Source: the human T2T-CHM13v2.0 reference genome, Homo sapiens
Length of the DNA stretch: 64,000 bases
Direction: 5' to 3' (one strand)
NCBI RefSeq assembly: GCF_009914755.1
Contig: NC_060939.1
Below are positions 45,201-59,845 of this stretch, piece by piece. Within the stretch, counting starts at the first letter, position 1. Every line of letters begins with the position of its first letter. Under the pieces are notes generated by a model. That model ran no database searches. It was not told where the DNA came from and saw nothing but the letters and a program-made list of their open reading frames with translations. The translations under genes and the position numbers were made by a program.

Positions 45201-45659
45201 GTCTTGCTGTCCAAGAAAGATTAAAATATATCACTCTGTACCTTTAATTCATTTAAAACAAGTATTTGTGAAGCACCTATTAGGTGAATGGGACATTTGA
45301 TCTTAGAGGAATAGATTCTTTCACTGGGGAGGAAGGGGCTCAGATGCATGCGTAGATAAATTACAGTGCAAGGAATACCTGTTGGAGTGCTGCTAGACGA
45401 GCTGTGCAAACAGTGATTGTTCATGGCAGGGAGAGAGGAATGGAATATTGGCAGATGTAATTGGGAAGCTTTCAGAAAAGGTGGGGGCTCTACCAGCCTG
45501 GATAGATAGGCTGTGGAGACTGGGAAGAGCAGAGTGAGAGGAGGAAGCACAGTCTTTGGAGTAAGGCATGGAAGAGTGTTATCAGTTGTGGGGAGAGACT
45601 TTGCTTGACCAGGGTGGGCAGTTCACATTGAAGGATACCTGGAGATGAGATTATATATA

Positions 45660-45838
45660 GCTGCTCTGTTTAGTAATGTAGTCATTAGCCACATGTGACT
45701 GTTTAATTAAAGTGAAATAAAATTAAAAATTCACTTCATCAAATAGTGCTCAGTTGCTACACATAGCTAGTGGCTACCATACTGATTGCAGATAGAAAAT
45801 ATTTCCATCATTGCAGAAAATTCTGTTGGTCAGCACTG
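45660..45838. mobile_element. MER3/MER33-type hAT-Charlie fossil
   Basis: GTAGTCATTAGCCACATGTGAC...CTAGTGGCTACCATACTG...TTTCCATCATTGCAGAAAATTCTGTTGGTCAGCACTG. Confidence 0.8.
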
Positions 45839-46248
45839 ATAAAGGAAGTATGGGGTTTTACACAGGATAACAGTGTGAAGAGCAACTGGAGATCTTTTGA
45901 CCAGGCAAATAGTAGCATGATGAAAGTCATACCCAAAATAAAGAGTAGAAGGAGAGCAGTGAGGGGCTGTCAAGTAGGTAGGCCTATCACTTCACCGTTA
46001 CAGCACACAGAATGAGATCTGGGGATGATGAAGCTGTTCCGCAGGAAGAACATATGGATTTTGTCTGGTAGAATGACTGAAAACCTCAAGGAGCCACAGA
46101 ATGGCCACTGAGGGTTTTAGTGTGAGGGACAGAGGGAGAATGGTGTAGCATCAATGAGCAAACAGTTTGGAGGAGGAGCTGCCTTGGAAGCCTGAGGGAG
46201 AACAGTCATGTTTTTTACAACAATGTGTGGTAGTAAGGATTAAATGAA

Positions 46249-46278
46249 GTGATATATATATATATATATATATATCAC
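46249..46278. repeat. (AT)12 microsatellite forming the perfect palindrome GTG(AT)12CAC
   Basis: Direct read. Confidence 0.9.
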
Positions 46279-46821
46279 ATTGAGCGAGATCATAGATAAA
46301 ACTTTAGATATAGGTGGTTTTAAAAAGAGACGTACCCCCGTTATTTTGACATAGTGCATGTAAAGTTACATTGTGTGGCTTCGTCTTGCATCTTCTGCAT
46401 AAATACTTGCGCTGAGAGCTCTTTCCCTTGTTAGCTTAGGTAGCAACTACCTTTTACTGAACACCTTCCTTGTAAGGTAACTTACTTTATCTCCTCACCC
46501 ATGTGAGATCCATTTTATAGATGAACGAACATAGCTAGGAAGAGGTGAAGCGGTAATTCAAACTAAAAACTTGCTCTTCCCATTTCATCTCTGCACGTGA
46601 GGATGGTTTCACTATCAGCTCCCCAGGTTGATACTATCTTTGATCTGGTCATTTGAAGCTTGATGCTTACATCACATCTACATTTAGAGGTTGTCTTTGG
46701 CACTGAACTCTATTTACCATCTCTTTTTCAAATGTAAGACATACATCCTATAAAACTTGCTTACTCTCAGTGGTAATTGGTATGTGGGGTGACCTGGAAT
46801 GACTGCCATCTGGACTTCTCT

Positions 46822-47003
46822 AGGGCGCTGGCTCTTGGTGTGAGGTCCGCAACCAGCAGCCACAGGCATGAGCACCACTAGGAACTTGGTAGAAATGCAG
46901 GTGTTTACGCCCCATCTCAGACCTAAATGCCAGAGGGTGGGGCCCAAAAAGTCACTTTAAAATAAGCCCTTCACATGATTCTGATGCACTCCAAAGTTTA
47001 AGC
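46822..47003. mobile_element. MER5A
   Basis: CCAGCAGC...GAACTTGGTAGAAATGCAG...CCCCATCTCAGACCTA...GATTCTGATGCACTCCAAAGTTT. Confidence 0.75.
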
Positions 47004-47605
47004 ATATAAACCAAATGAACAAAGAGGATAGTTTTGAAAAGCCTCCTATGAATTAAATTGGAACTGTATGGGTACATTTACATTTTTCAACACGGCTGAC
47101 TGTGTAACCCATCAGCAGTGGTTGCCTGTAAAGATGCATGGGAAAGTGTATATATTAAGTAAGATATTATTTCAGAAGGACAGATCTATGGCTTTTCTTT
47201 TTTAAAGGCTAGCTTCCTGAGTAAATTATCACTGCGTTATTGACTCAGAATAATATCAAGGTGTGTACTATCAAATACAGGGTTGGGTATCTCTTTGTAA
47301 GAGATAGCAGTGATTTTCAGTGGATAATTAAGGGAATTAGCACTTCACATTTTTTTCATGATATTTTTATGTCACTTAGAATTTTTCACGAATTATTCCT
47401 TGTATGATTGTAGATAATTAAAGCCCCATATGCTTTGCAGTAGTAGCAGCAGCGCAGATTATGATGCAGATGGAATTGGTAAGAGCAGTAGGTTTTGAAA
47501 TGAGGTTGTAGACGGGCTGCTGAGACTGATTTTTGGACAGCATAAATGAAAGCAGTATTCTGATGTCAGCATTTGGAGTTTAAAAATCCCTAGCCATGGA
47601 TCCCG

Positions 47606-47616
47606 TGCTGAGTCAT
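47606..47616 (+). promoter_or_regulatory. NF-E2/NRF2/BACH-sMAF (ARE/MARE) consensus motif
   Basis: TGCTGAGTCAT is an exact consensus match. Motif only. Confidence 0.35.
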
Positions 47617-49619
47617 TGGTACTTCAGGTAAACCAATTCCAACTCTATGTAAGCTAGCCTTCAGCCATGTGAAACTGTTAACGGCATCTCTTCCTCTCTC
47701 TGAACTGCACCCCCGAGCCCTGCCAATCCCTAACACATGCATAAAGAAAAACACTTATCTTTCAGGATTCATTTCCTGCCACTTGTCTCTGTGGAGCCCC
47801 TCCTGAGCTTTCATCCTCCTGTGGATCCATCACTCCTACTCCTATGCCCCGGCTACTCTGTGCAGACTTTGTAATAAGAGCTTGAGCACTTCAGATGCAC
47901 ATTTGTATGCATGCCTTTTCCGTTTATTATGTTCCTTGAGGGTAGGGGCTTTGTATTTGAATTATTATTTTATTGCTCTCATTTTTACTTCAGCTTCTAT
48001 CACAGTACTTTGTGCATCATAATGCTAGTGTTTTTTATTGTTTCCAAGTAGAATTAAAGCTGTTCTTTGGGAAAGGGTGTTGCCTCATACATGGATGATT
48101 ATAAATGTCTGATTTGCCAAAGATGAGAGTTTTCTTTTTGATTAGGATTTATGACCCCAAAGGGAAGGTTACTGTAGTTCATCAGCCAATAAATGAAACC
48201 ACACAGGGGGATTTTGTGATCTGGGACAATGTGTCACTTTGCTTTGATCTTTGGGTAGAGCCTCTAAGAGGTGCTCTCCTAGTGAAAACCTGGAACTGAT
48301 ACTAGGTGAAAAACCGGATTTCAACCACTGTAGCCTAGTGCTTCCGTGTGGTGTGTGGGTATTTACTTGGAACACTCTGTGTTTGCTTCTTACTACACAA
48401 ATCTCATTTTATTGGTCTGACAAACCTATGAATTAGGTTTGAGACAGGAAGATTTATATTTTAAAGTTCTAGTATGTTGATTGTAACATTTTCATTGCTC
48501 TCTTTGGAAATTCTGTCACCTGAGATGAGACTATTAGCTAGATTCGTGAAGTCAGCCCACTGAATCTATAATTCAGAAATCTATAAATAGCTCCCTTCAA
48601 GTACAACATTGGGAACATTTATTTATATCAGCACGGAGGTAGAAATTACATTTTTCTGGAGGATACACGAATTTATTGATTGATCGGTTGGTGATGCACA
48701 TCTTTAGTACTTTTTCCTCATTCAGACACATTTCCCCCCCAGAGATTCTGCTTATTTCCTTTTGGATCCTTTTATGTGGGGGCTGTAACTTAGGGTATTT
48801 ATCTTTAAGTATAGAGAATGTCACCTGTACTCCCAGAAATGTGTTTGTTTGTTACCCTTTTTAAACCAGGAAAGAGCTATTGGCTCTGGTGTCTTTGGAG
48901 CCCTTCACAAAGCTCTGTGTCTGGATTAACTGTTGACCCCATGTGATATACAGAGCATCTGGCGGCTGGGGTGGAATTCTCAGCTGTCTCTCTTTGTTTT
49001 GTCCACAGAAGGAAATGTGAGTTTTATCTTACTGCTCAGGCGATGGTACATTCCTTTTTTGGTTCATGGGACTACCACCAATCTGATTGTGGGAGTATTT
49101 CCTACCATTCCTGTCATCTTCCGGAATTTGTTAAAGAAGGCCAGGGGTGATCTTCACCTACCATCACTCGTGAACACCATTTTCTTCTCAATCACCTCTT
49201 GTGTTCCTAAATTCTACTTTGAGTGAAGTGTATTATTGTGTAGTTTGTCCTGTCTTGTATGGTTTAGGGATCCCAGGCAGCATAATATTAAGAAGCTACA
49301 ACTGTGGGTATTTCTTACAGCCAGTATTGTTCCTCCACAAATCCTCATTTTCCAGATCCCTGTGAAATTTATTATATTCTTGCCACCATATACTCGTGAT
49401 TATGTGTTGCCCATATCTTGCTAAGTCTCAGAATACAAAGTAATTCTTCTCCTTGACCGTGAGACAGAGATAGGTGTTTTTAAAAATGAAGTACCGATAT
49501 TTCAGTTTTTCTGGTGAGTATGGGACGTTGATTTTTCATTTGCCATACTGTATATGTGTGCATTTGTATGCAGTAGAGGTTGGCAGAAATGTGTATTGTG
49601 TTCAAACGCTGATCTTAAG

Positions 49620-49860
49620 CCTCTGTTTATTCCATACCTGCTAGTGCTTATCCACTATGCTATATGTCCTACATTAATTTTTCTCATTTAATCATCTTAA
49701 TGATCTCATGAGATAACTATTTTTTTTCTACATTTTAAAGCAGAGGAAAGTATCAGAGAACTTTTGTCACTTGCTGAGGTCATGCAGCTAGTAAGAACAG
49801 AGTTAGAATTCAAACCAGACCTTTCTTCAGAAACCTAGGCTTTTAATGATGTCAGTATAT
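49620..49860 (-). mobile_element. MIR
   Basis: CTCATTTAATCATC...GCAGAGGAAAG...CACTTGCTGAGGTCATGCAGCTAGTAAG...GAATTCAAACCAG. Confidence 0.7.
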
Positions 49861-50068
49861 TGCTCCTCTGTGTCAGCGTTTAACCCTGCATGGTGTAGGG
49901 AAGAAGCGGGCTATTGCCTAGGATTTGTGAAATAAGGATGTTGGTGAGATTATTAAAGTCAGAAGGAAACACTGAAAAGTGGAATTTGTTGGGAAGAAGG
50001 GGAACCATTTAGGGACAGACACTAGACCTTTGTGGTAACTGGTACGGCGGAGCATGGTGCTGTGGGGT

Positions 50069-50232
50069 CACTGGTTCTCAAACTTGAGCATGCATTTGGG
50101 TCACCAGGAGGGCTTATTAAAACCCAGATTGCTGGGCCACACCCCAGAGTTTCTGATTTACTAGGTTTGGGATGGGGTGAAAAATTGCATTTCTGGTAAG
50201 TTCCCAGGTGATCCAACACTTTGAGAACCCAT
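50069..50232. mobile_element. MER5A/MER5A1
   Basis: TIR-like ends GGTTCTCAAACTTGAGCATGCA...CACTTTGAGAACC. Confidence 0.85.
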
Positions 50233-52446
50233 GTAGAGAAAGTGTATGTGCTTAGGAGTCAAGTAGACACAGCTTTACATTCCTGCCCTACTGTGGGAGG
50301 CTTAGAGTCTTCATCTTAAAAGTTCTGTAATATAGGGTAGTATGTATATTACAGGATTTTTCATGAGCACTACATGTGATTTAGAAAGTGACAGCAATAT
50401 TTGGCAATTATTGAATACTTACTAAACATCAGTTACTTTGAGAAGCATTTAACATATGTAATTTAATCTTAAGCAGTTAAGTATGTCATTCCTACATGTA
50501 AAAATCTTAATACGTATCAGTTGCTCAGTTAATATTCCTGCACACCTTTATCAGTAGGCCTTCTTAGGCCTGGAAATGTGTAATATCCCTTAGAAAGATT
50601 TTCATAAAGTTGGCTTATTTCTTTAAAAAATGTCGACACTTAAAAAGGAAAACTTAAAATACGTGTTTTTGTGAAATGGTTTTACTGGTAACACTAGATA
50701 AGAAAAGTGATAATGTCTGAAATGATAGAATTTTCTTCTGATTACTTTTGTGGTTAAGTACTGTGGGTTGTTTGATACTCATGTAACTATTCGTTAGAAA
50801 TCAGAAAGCTTAACCAGCTTTACAAAAAAGCTGGTTTACCGTTAAAATTAATTAGATGGATTTTCTTCTCCTAAATTTCCATATGACACCTTTTCAGACA
50901 GTTTCTTTCGTAAGACTTATTTGCCATTTAGTTAAAATTCTTCACCTATTATTAAGTAAAACCAAAAAGTAATCAATTTTATTACCATACTTTATTTGGC
51001 TCTGTTTGAGAAATAGTGTGTTTTACTAGAAGAGATTAAGAGAGGTAGAGACATGGAGATTATGAAATGTGGGATGTTTCTATTTACTTGGGAATGGATG
51101 GGAACATTTTCTTTGTACCTAGTGTATGCTACGTACTTGGTATACCTTGTTAAAATACTTTAGTACTTACTTTATGTCGTGGTAAGGGGATTAAATGGCA
51201 ACCTTAATTTGTGTAAGACATTTAAGACACTCCTGGCACATAGTAAGCATTTGATACAAGAGCCATTATTTCATGCATTTCAGATATGGGATTATAATAA
51301 TTTCCATCCTCTTAGAGTTTACAATCTAGGAGTTCTTACAGGGAATTTGAGGTAGCTCCTAAAAGAATCAGCAGTTTTAAATACACAGCTGGTAACAAGG
51401 GAAGCTGGTATTCTAAGTCACGTGATTTCAAAGCCTGTGGTCTTCCTCTGGTACTATAGCCCCCAAAGCAATGCTGTCCATTCTGTATTGGTACCTTCCC
51501 TTCTTAATCTTGTAGTTGACAGTGTCCCACTTCCCAACTTTGAATGTCTCTTTTCCATGGTCTCAGCATGTTGTACCCTGGGTTAGGAATGATGTGTGAC
51601 CAGAGGTGATTCAACTTGACCTGCTGGGCTCCGTGACTTAGGCATTGCTGGTGCAGAGATGACGATTGTGCAAACCTGATGGACTCATGGAATCAGAGGG
51701 CACCTTGATCTGCCTGCAGTGGGTGAGGCATAGTATGTATTAGATCAGGTAAAGGAGGCCCTTCATCTGAGGAAGGGGCCCAGGTTTCTACTTAGAAAAG
51801 AAAGGCATTGTATTTCATGCTTTACTCTCTCGCTCTAATCATCAGTGTGACAGATAAAGGGAGCAGCATGGCCGAGTAGTGAGACAGGTAGGAAGAGTGA
51901 GCCTTGAACATGTGTTCATGAATTCTCAGGGGCTTGGTATACTTGTAGCAAAGTGTTTGAGGAGAGGCTCTGTGAGGGAGATGATGCTGGAGGGGTCAGT
52001 GAGGGCTAGGTTTGTTGGGGGCTTTGTGTGCTGTGTGTTGAAGGGACATGCTCAGGCATAGGGCTTTATCAGGAGAGTAGCTTGATCAGATTGTATTTTG
52101 GAGACTCTGTGCTTCCCAGTGTGTGGAGGCCAGCTTAGAAGCCTGGAGTCCCAACTTAATTGATGACTTTGGAGAAAAACAAGAGAACTGAGGATAATAA
52201 ATAACCAAGAAAGCTAGGTGAATAACTGTAAGATATAGGTGAGAGCAGAAGTCAGATCTTCAGATTTTAATGACAGAATGTCACCTTTTCAATCAGCAAC
52301 AAAGTAGCCGAGTATAATCTTCAACCATCTGCTCTCTGGGAGAGGAGAGAGGAGAGGGGAAGGAGCGAGGAATGAGGAGCCAGAGAGATTGATTTTAGCT
52401 AATCACTTCTAACTCTTTCATTAAATTTTTATGGAGAATTAATACA

Positions 52447-52887
<441 letters not shown>

Positions 52888-52903
52888 TCAGAGGTAGAGA
52901 CAC

Positions 52904-53045
52904 TCTCGCTTGCTCTTTCTCGCTCTCTCTCTCTTGCTCTCTCGCTCTTGCTCTCCCTCGCACCCTCTCCCCCTCTCCCCCTCTCTCCCATCTCTCTCTC
53001 TCTCCCTCTCTTTTGCTCTCACTCTCTGTGTGTGTGTGCGCACAT
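52904..53045. repeat. Compound (CT)-rich polypyrimidine tract followed by (GT)n
   Basis: ~120 nt almost entirely C/T, then TGTGTGTGTGTGCGCACA. Confidence 0.9.
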
Positions 53046-53312
53046 GTGTTTGAAAGCCAGCACCATCTGAACAATTTAGCTTTGCTGGACAAAAATAGAC
53101 TTGAGAGGGAGAATTGTACATTGAAACAAGAAGAACTTACACTCTTACAATTTTTCAACACTCTCTTCCTTTTAAGGAATACTTCTCATTAAAGGGACCA
53201 TACATTAAATTATATCCAAACTTGAGTAGTTTTAATTTCTTTTCTGTCTGAAATCCCTGTTAGAACAATCTCTAAAACTACTCCATAGACACAGAACTTG
53301 AGTAGATTTATT

Positions 53313-53331
53313 GAGCGCCATCTGCTGGCTT
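53313..53331 (-). promoter_or_regulatory. CTCF motif
   Basis: The reverse complement AAGCCAGCAGATGGCGCTC fits the CTCF core at every position and retains its CpG. Confidence 0.65.
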
Positions 53332-54028
53332 TGTTTTAATGGACCAAATAGGTGGTGCCTGGACATCTTTAAGAATTATCCTGTATCTTAGTGTTGCAAA
53401 ATTATGAAGCTGGAAGACAGTATGAATTTGGGCTATGACTGGTAGTAGTATTTAAAATAATAGTTTTGTGTTGGCATTGAGAAAGGGGTATGGTTTTGGC
53501 AGGAGAATACACACAACCTGATTAAAAAAGAAGACAGGTTATAGGGATTTCATTGGCCAGTATCTTTATTGGGCAAAAGATTAGCCTAGTTTAAATAAAA
53601 AGTAACCTTAAATGCCAAATAAAATTCTTTAATATTTTCTAACAGTGAAGTCAACCTAAGTCTTTATCTGGAATGACTTTATGTAAAAGTCGATAAATTT
53701 CTTGGTGGATTTCTATTCGTGTTGCATGAGATACTTTGAGGTGTCTTTTAAAGAAAGATTTATAAAAATGGCTTTGTTGGCTAGTTTCAAGAATGCGTTT
53801 TATTTTGAGGGATGTGGATACTATCTTAGTATTTTCCTGCTGAGACAGATATAGGAAAAGCCCCTAGGTTAAATAAATAAGGGTGAAGCTGTTAGGTGCT
53901 CTTCTTGTCATTAGTCTTTTTGAATTTTAGTTATATTTTAAGTGACTTCTTAAGGGCAACTGAGCTAAAAATTTGGCATACCCAGACCATTAGACTCTAG
54001 ATCTTTTAATTAATTTCTCATCCAGTCA

Positions 54029-54750
<722 letters not shown>

Positions 54751-55310
54751 AAGACCAATGGTTATTAGTGTTATATAAAACAGTTGTTTATGATCGTCTT
54801 GCCTGACCTTCACCAACCATGTACAGAAAGCACATGGGACAGATGATGTTATTAATCGTTTCATGGGCCCCCTTGGTCTAGAATATAAAGGCTGATCCTT
54901 GGCACTGCTTTATGCCCATGTTCCCTATGCTGAAGCCATGGTCCGTTAGTCCTTGAATACACCGTGTTTGTTCAGTTCTGTGCCTTCGTACATACTCTCC
55001 CCTCCTTGGAGTGACTTTATCTCTTGTCTTCCTAGTCAGCTCTTACATGGCTTTTGAAATTCATAAATTTTACTTTCTCTGGGTAGCCTTTGTAGTCTCC
55101 TCTGGCAAATTTTCTTCCTTCTCTTTCTTTATCTTCTGTTAGGCCATAGCACTTTTGAAATGTTTCTATTTATAGCACCTGTTATATCACTGTAACTGTA
55201 TGTTGGCATGAGTTTCTTCTACTAAATCAGGGGGTCTTAATCTGTTTTTTGTTGATGTCTTTGGGGGTGTGTGAACTGCTGGAAAACTGTACTAAAAGGT
55301 TATATTAGAC

Positions 55311-55547
55311 TAGTGGTTGGCAAGCTACAGCCTGTGAACCAAATCTAGCCTGCTGCCTGTTTTTGTAAATAAAGTTTTGTTGAAACACAGTCACTCCCAT
55401 TTCTTTATGTATTGTCTATGGCTCCTTTTGTGCTACCAAAAAAAAAAAAAACATAAGAAACGAGTAGTTGCAGTAGTAACCATATTTCCCACAAAGCCGA
55501 AAATATTTACCATCTGAGTCTTCACAGATAAAGTTTGCCAATCCTGA
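55311..55547. mobile_element. MER58A (hAT-Charlie)
   Basis: GGTTGGCAAGCTACAGCCTGTG...TTTTGTAAATAAAGTTTTGTTGAAACACAG...AAAATATTTACCATCTG...AAAGTTTGCCAATCCTG. Confidence 0.88.
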
Positions 55548-56195
55548 TATTAGATGAAATGGGGATTAAAAAGGAAACATTTGGTGTTGTATGGCATGAA
55601 GCTGACTGCCTTTTCCTTGTGTCTAGAAACCACAGCAAAGACAGAACAAGTCACCTAACTTCAAGTTTCTCTTTGCCCCAAGACAGAGGGCATGACATTC
55701 TTTTAGTCAACCAATTTGGATGTCACCAACACCTGATGACAGGTGGTGGTCGTGTGGCCAAGAATGGGAGCTTCTGGGGACTGGTGTAATCAGCTTGCTT
55801 CCTTTAGAACTGACATCCCCAAAGCAGCGGCAAGTGGGAGTAGGATATGATGGCAGTAGCACCTAATCACCCTCCTCCACTCCCACACATCAGACTGGTG
55901 GTGCTCCCTGGGCACAGGTGGGCACCTGCTGGAAAAGTTTTCAGTGTGCTTCTTCTGAGACTTGCCCATGAGGGCGTGGCAGGAATGGGGGCCATGGATC
56001 CTGGCAAGGATATATTCCTAAACTGTCCTTGATGGTGTAGGTCCCTCCTCCTTTTCTCTGTGGCATTTTGCTTTGTCCATTTGATGCCATATCTTTACAG
56101 ATGGGTTTCAGCAAGATATTCTCAAAGCATTTCAAGCAGGAATGAGCCCTGAGTAATATTGATGGAGCCTCTCTTTTCCTCAGGCACTTTGTGTA

Positions 56196-56548
<353 letters not shown>

Positions 56549-56589
56549 TGACGGGGGTGGTGGTACTGCTGGCTCTTTAGCTGAGTCCT

Positions 56590-57215
56590 CTATCGTGTTT
56601 CATCTGGACCACTCTTGATAGCTTCCTAAGTGGTCTTTCTGTAGTTTCCTTGCTCTGTCCTGTTCTCCGCAGAGGAACCACAGTAATCCTTTGAAACATG
56701 AATCATGTCACTCTTCTTTTCAAAACCCTCCAATGGTTTAGCATCACACTAAAAAAGAAAAAGAAAAAGAAAAAAAAATCCATATTCCAACCTCGCCTTC
56801 CATCCAGTGTTCATTCATTTGCTCCTCCAGACTGACCTTTGCTATTTTTTGAACACGCTGAGTTTGTACTTCCCTTGCACTCGATATATTCCCTTTGCCT
56901 TGACTGCTTTCTTTATCTTCCCTTAACTTGCTTCATTCAGGTTTCAGCTCAAATTTGCCTTCCTTGGAGGAGCTTTTCCAGACCACCCCGTCAGGAAAAG
57001 TATCCTCTCATCCCTATTTCAGACAAACTTTAACCCCTTTATGCTGTCTTACTCTTTCTAATAGAACTTTCCCTCTAATGTTACTTTCTATAATTTGTCT
57101 TACCTGCTAAAATATAAGCTCCATGAGGGCAAAGGGCCTTGTCTTTCATGTTTGAGGCCTAGTTCTTAACAGTGTCTGACACATATTACAGTAAGTTTTG
57201 TAATGAATGAATTCA
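56590..57215 (+). mobile_element. L2 3' region
   Basis: ATCATGTCACTCTTCTTTTCAAAACCCTCCAATGG...AAGCTCCATGAGGGCAAAGG...CAGTGTCTGACACATA...TGAATGAAT. Confidence 0.8.
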
Positions 57216-59689
57216 TTTTGCTGACAAAATGAGTTTCAAGTGGTTCTTATCAGGGGTCTGTAGCTATTAAGTGACTGATTCTGATTCTGTTTCCCAGCCT
57301 CCATTTTTATATTTCACTACCATGTGTGGCGGCTGATACCTTGTTACCGAGTAGCATGTTGCATTTAAGAAATAGTGAGTGCTAAATAATATTAAAGATT
57401 TTTGTGCATATGCTTGCTTTGTAATGGTATTGATTTCCCAGAGAAACGAAGCTACTCAGAGCCATTCGTGCTACTTTGAGGTAATACTAAAGGACCAACA
57501 GAACAGGATAGCTCTGTTCAGTGATTTAGGATTTTAGATTTTTTTCTTCTGGTAGGATTTCTGTTTTCTAGCTTGATGGCAATAACATCATATATTTACG
57601 TTCTCATCCTAAGGAGCCTTGGGGTACTGCTTTGCTGTGACCGTGCCTTATGAATTTGTCTTTCATTTTCTAGAGCACTCCACTAAATTAGGCAGCACAA
57701 ATGTAACTCATTTATCCTATAATTAAATTTTGTGATATTCTCCTTTTGAATGAATTCCGATGTAAGGAAGGCCAAGGGATAGCACTTCAGGGTATTCACA
57801 AAGTTAGAAATACAAGGTTTGTGTTTCTTTGGGGTTTGCTAGTGTTACATGACATTTTATAAGCGTCATTATATCCAGTGTTTAGAAACTCTCAGGTCTG
57901 AGAGCTGAATGGTTTTGGATTTAGTTTGTAGCCTCTGTCACCTCCTCCGACATGTCACCCCTGTCCACTGGTTGCAAATATCATTTCTTTCAAACATAAT
58001 TTGAAATCAGGTGAGAGAGAATCGGTATTCCTCAGGCTCCTTCCAGGTGACCTGTGTTTGAGAAGACTGTGGGAGGCCTCCCTGCCCTGCGTTTTGCTCA
58101 GGCAGTCAAGGGCCTCCTCTAATCCCTGCAGTCCCTGGTCCTTGCTTCTCTTACTATGCTTTTGATACAGCTGCAATTGTTACCTTATGTGTCTTTTTCC
58201 CTGAAGAGGCTGTGTACAAAGATGAATGAGATGCAGTCTCTGGCCCAGCTTCACTGTAATGGCATAAGCTTTCAGAGAGTATGCGCCTGCTCGAGGTGAT
58301 CTGTCTTGAGCTTTGAGCAGCACTGGGCTTAGACATTTCTCCACAGAAGTCTTTTTGGTCATATTCTTCAAGGTAGAGTTTGGGCATTCATCTCCCTGTA
58401 CCTAGAGAAGTCAGTATATGTATTAATATAGCATTTGTTATATTACTAATAAATGTATAATTATATTAGTAATACATTTTATTGCTAGTATACAATTATT
58501 GAAGTAATAATAAAAGGAAATGTTTAAAGTAACAAAATATTTTCAGATATTTTAAGACTCATTTACCTGTCAACATGATTTCATATAATGTTTGTATTTT
58601 AAAAAATGATCCCAGTAATGGATGGCAGTTCTATATGTATATTTGCTAGCAGTAAGTCATTTGAAAATCCTTTAATTAATGCAGGCTAGGTTTCCACCTG
58701 ATTATCACAGATGAACAATTATATCTTGTCAAGATTGTATCATCCTGAAAGGCTTTCATAGTTACCAAGGGTGTTATTAACAATAGGTGGTTAAAATAAA
58801 GAGAACTCTGAAATATTTTAAATGGTGTGGAATTGAGTGTATCATGAATCTGGGAAGGGATCATTATTTTGGTTTAGCAAATGAGCTTTCTGAAACATTT
58901 GAAATGGGAAACAAGTATTTTAAGTTTTGGCTGCAGAGTGCTCACTTGTGACTGCCATTAATAGAGAGAGATATGGCAAATCCCATGTTTTTAGGTGGCG
59001 CTTGAGTTTGGGTTCCTCTTGGGTCCATAGGGCCATTTCTGGGTTCAAGGCACAGGAATAGATAGATGAAAGATATGTTATGAAAAAACCCATTTAAGGC
59101 TAGAGAAAAAAAAAATTTCTGAGTTTGTTGCTTTTCTTCAGACGTCTCTCTTCCATTGTTTGTTCTGAGGATTTCTTTTTAAAAAGTCATTCCTTTTAAT
59201 GCTGCAAGACTTTTATATCCTTGCCTCTTTTGGCTTTGCTGATCCTCTCTTCTCTGATTTCTCCTCTTCTCGGACTGGCCCTTCCTTGTTTGGCCTGTTT
59301 CTCTGGATCCATTTCTTCTTACTGCCTTCCCTTGCTGGAACACCAGCGTCTAGTCATTGGCTCTCTATTACCACAAACTCATCTACAGTCAAGGTTTTAG
59401 TTCTTAACTTAGTGCAGGTTGACTTTCAGATCTGACTGGCCAGGCTAGCCCTTTTTTGACAGCTTGCCCTGTTACCTACCTGTTGGATATAGAATAAGTA
59501 CAAATATCTATCCTGTCTACCCTGCTGATACATGAAACTTAAGATTCAAAGCCTCATCATCTTATCACAAATTATTCCCACAAGCCACTAGTTTTCCTTA
59601 GAGATACCCCTTTTTCTCTTAATTCTGCTTGAGGCTTACTATCTTCCAGTCCCATCCAGTCACTTGTCATATTTCATCAAATTATTATT

Positions 59690-59845
59690 ATTGTTAATTT
59701 GAGAGACAAGGTCTTGCCCTGTCCCAGGCTGGAGTGCAGTGGTGTGATCATAGCTCACTTAGTCTGCATCTCCTGGCTCAAGAGATCCTCCCACCTTGGC
59801 CTCCCCAGGGGCTGGGAGTACAGGCATGAGCCACTGCGCCTGGCC
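59690..59845 (-). mobile_element. FRAM/FAM-like free Alu monomer
   Basis: Single antisense monomer; TSD CAAATTATT. Confidence 0.85.

Noticed and set aside
50812-50836. 10-bp hairpin AACCAGCTTT-ACAAA-AAAGCTGGTT
   Set aside because: Isolated short stem, compatible with chance or local slippage.
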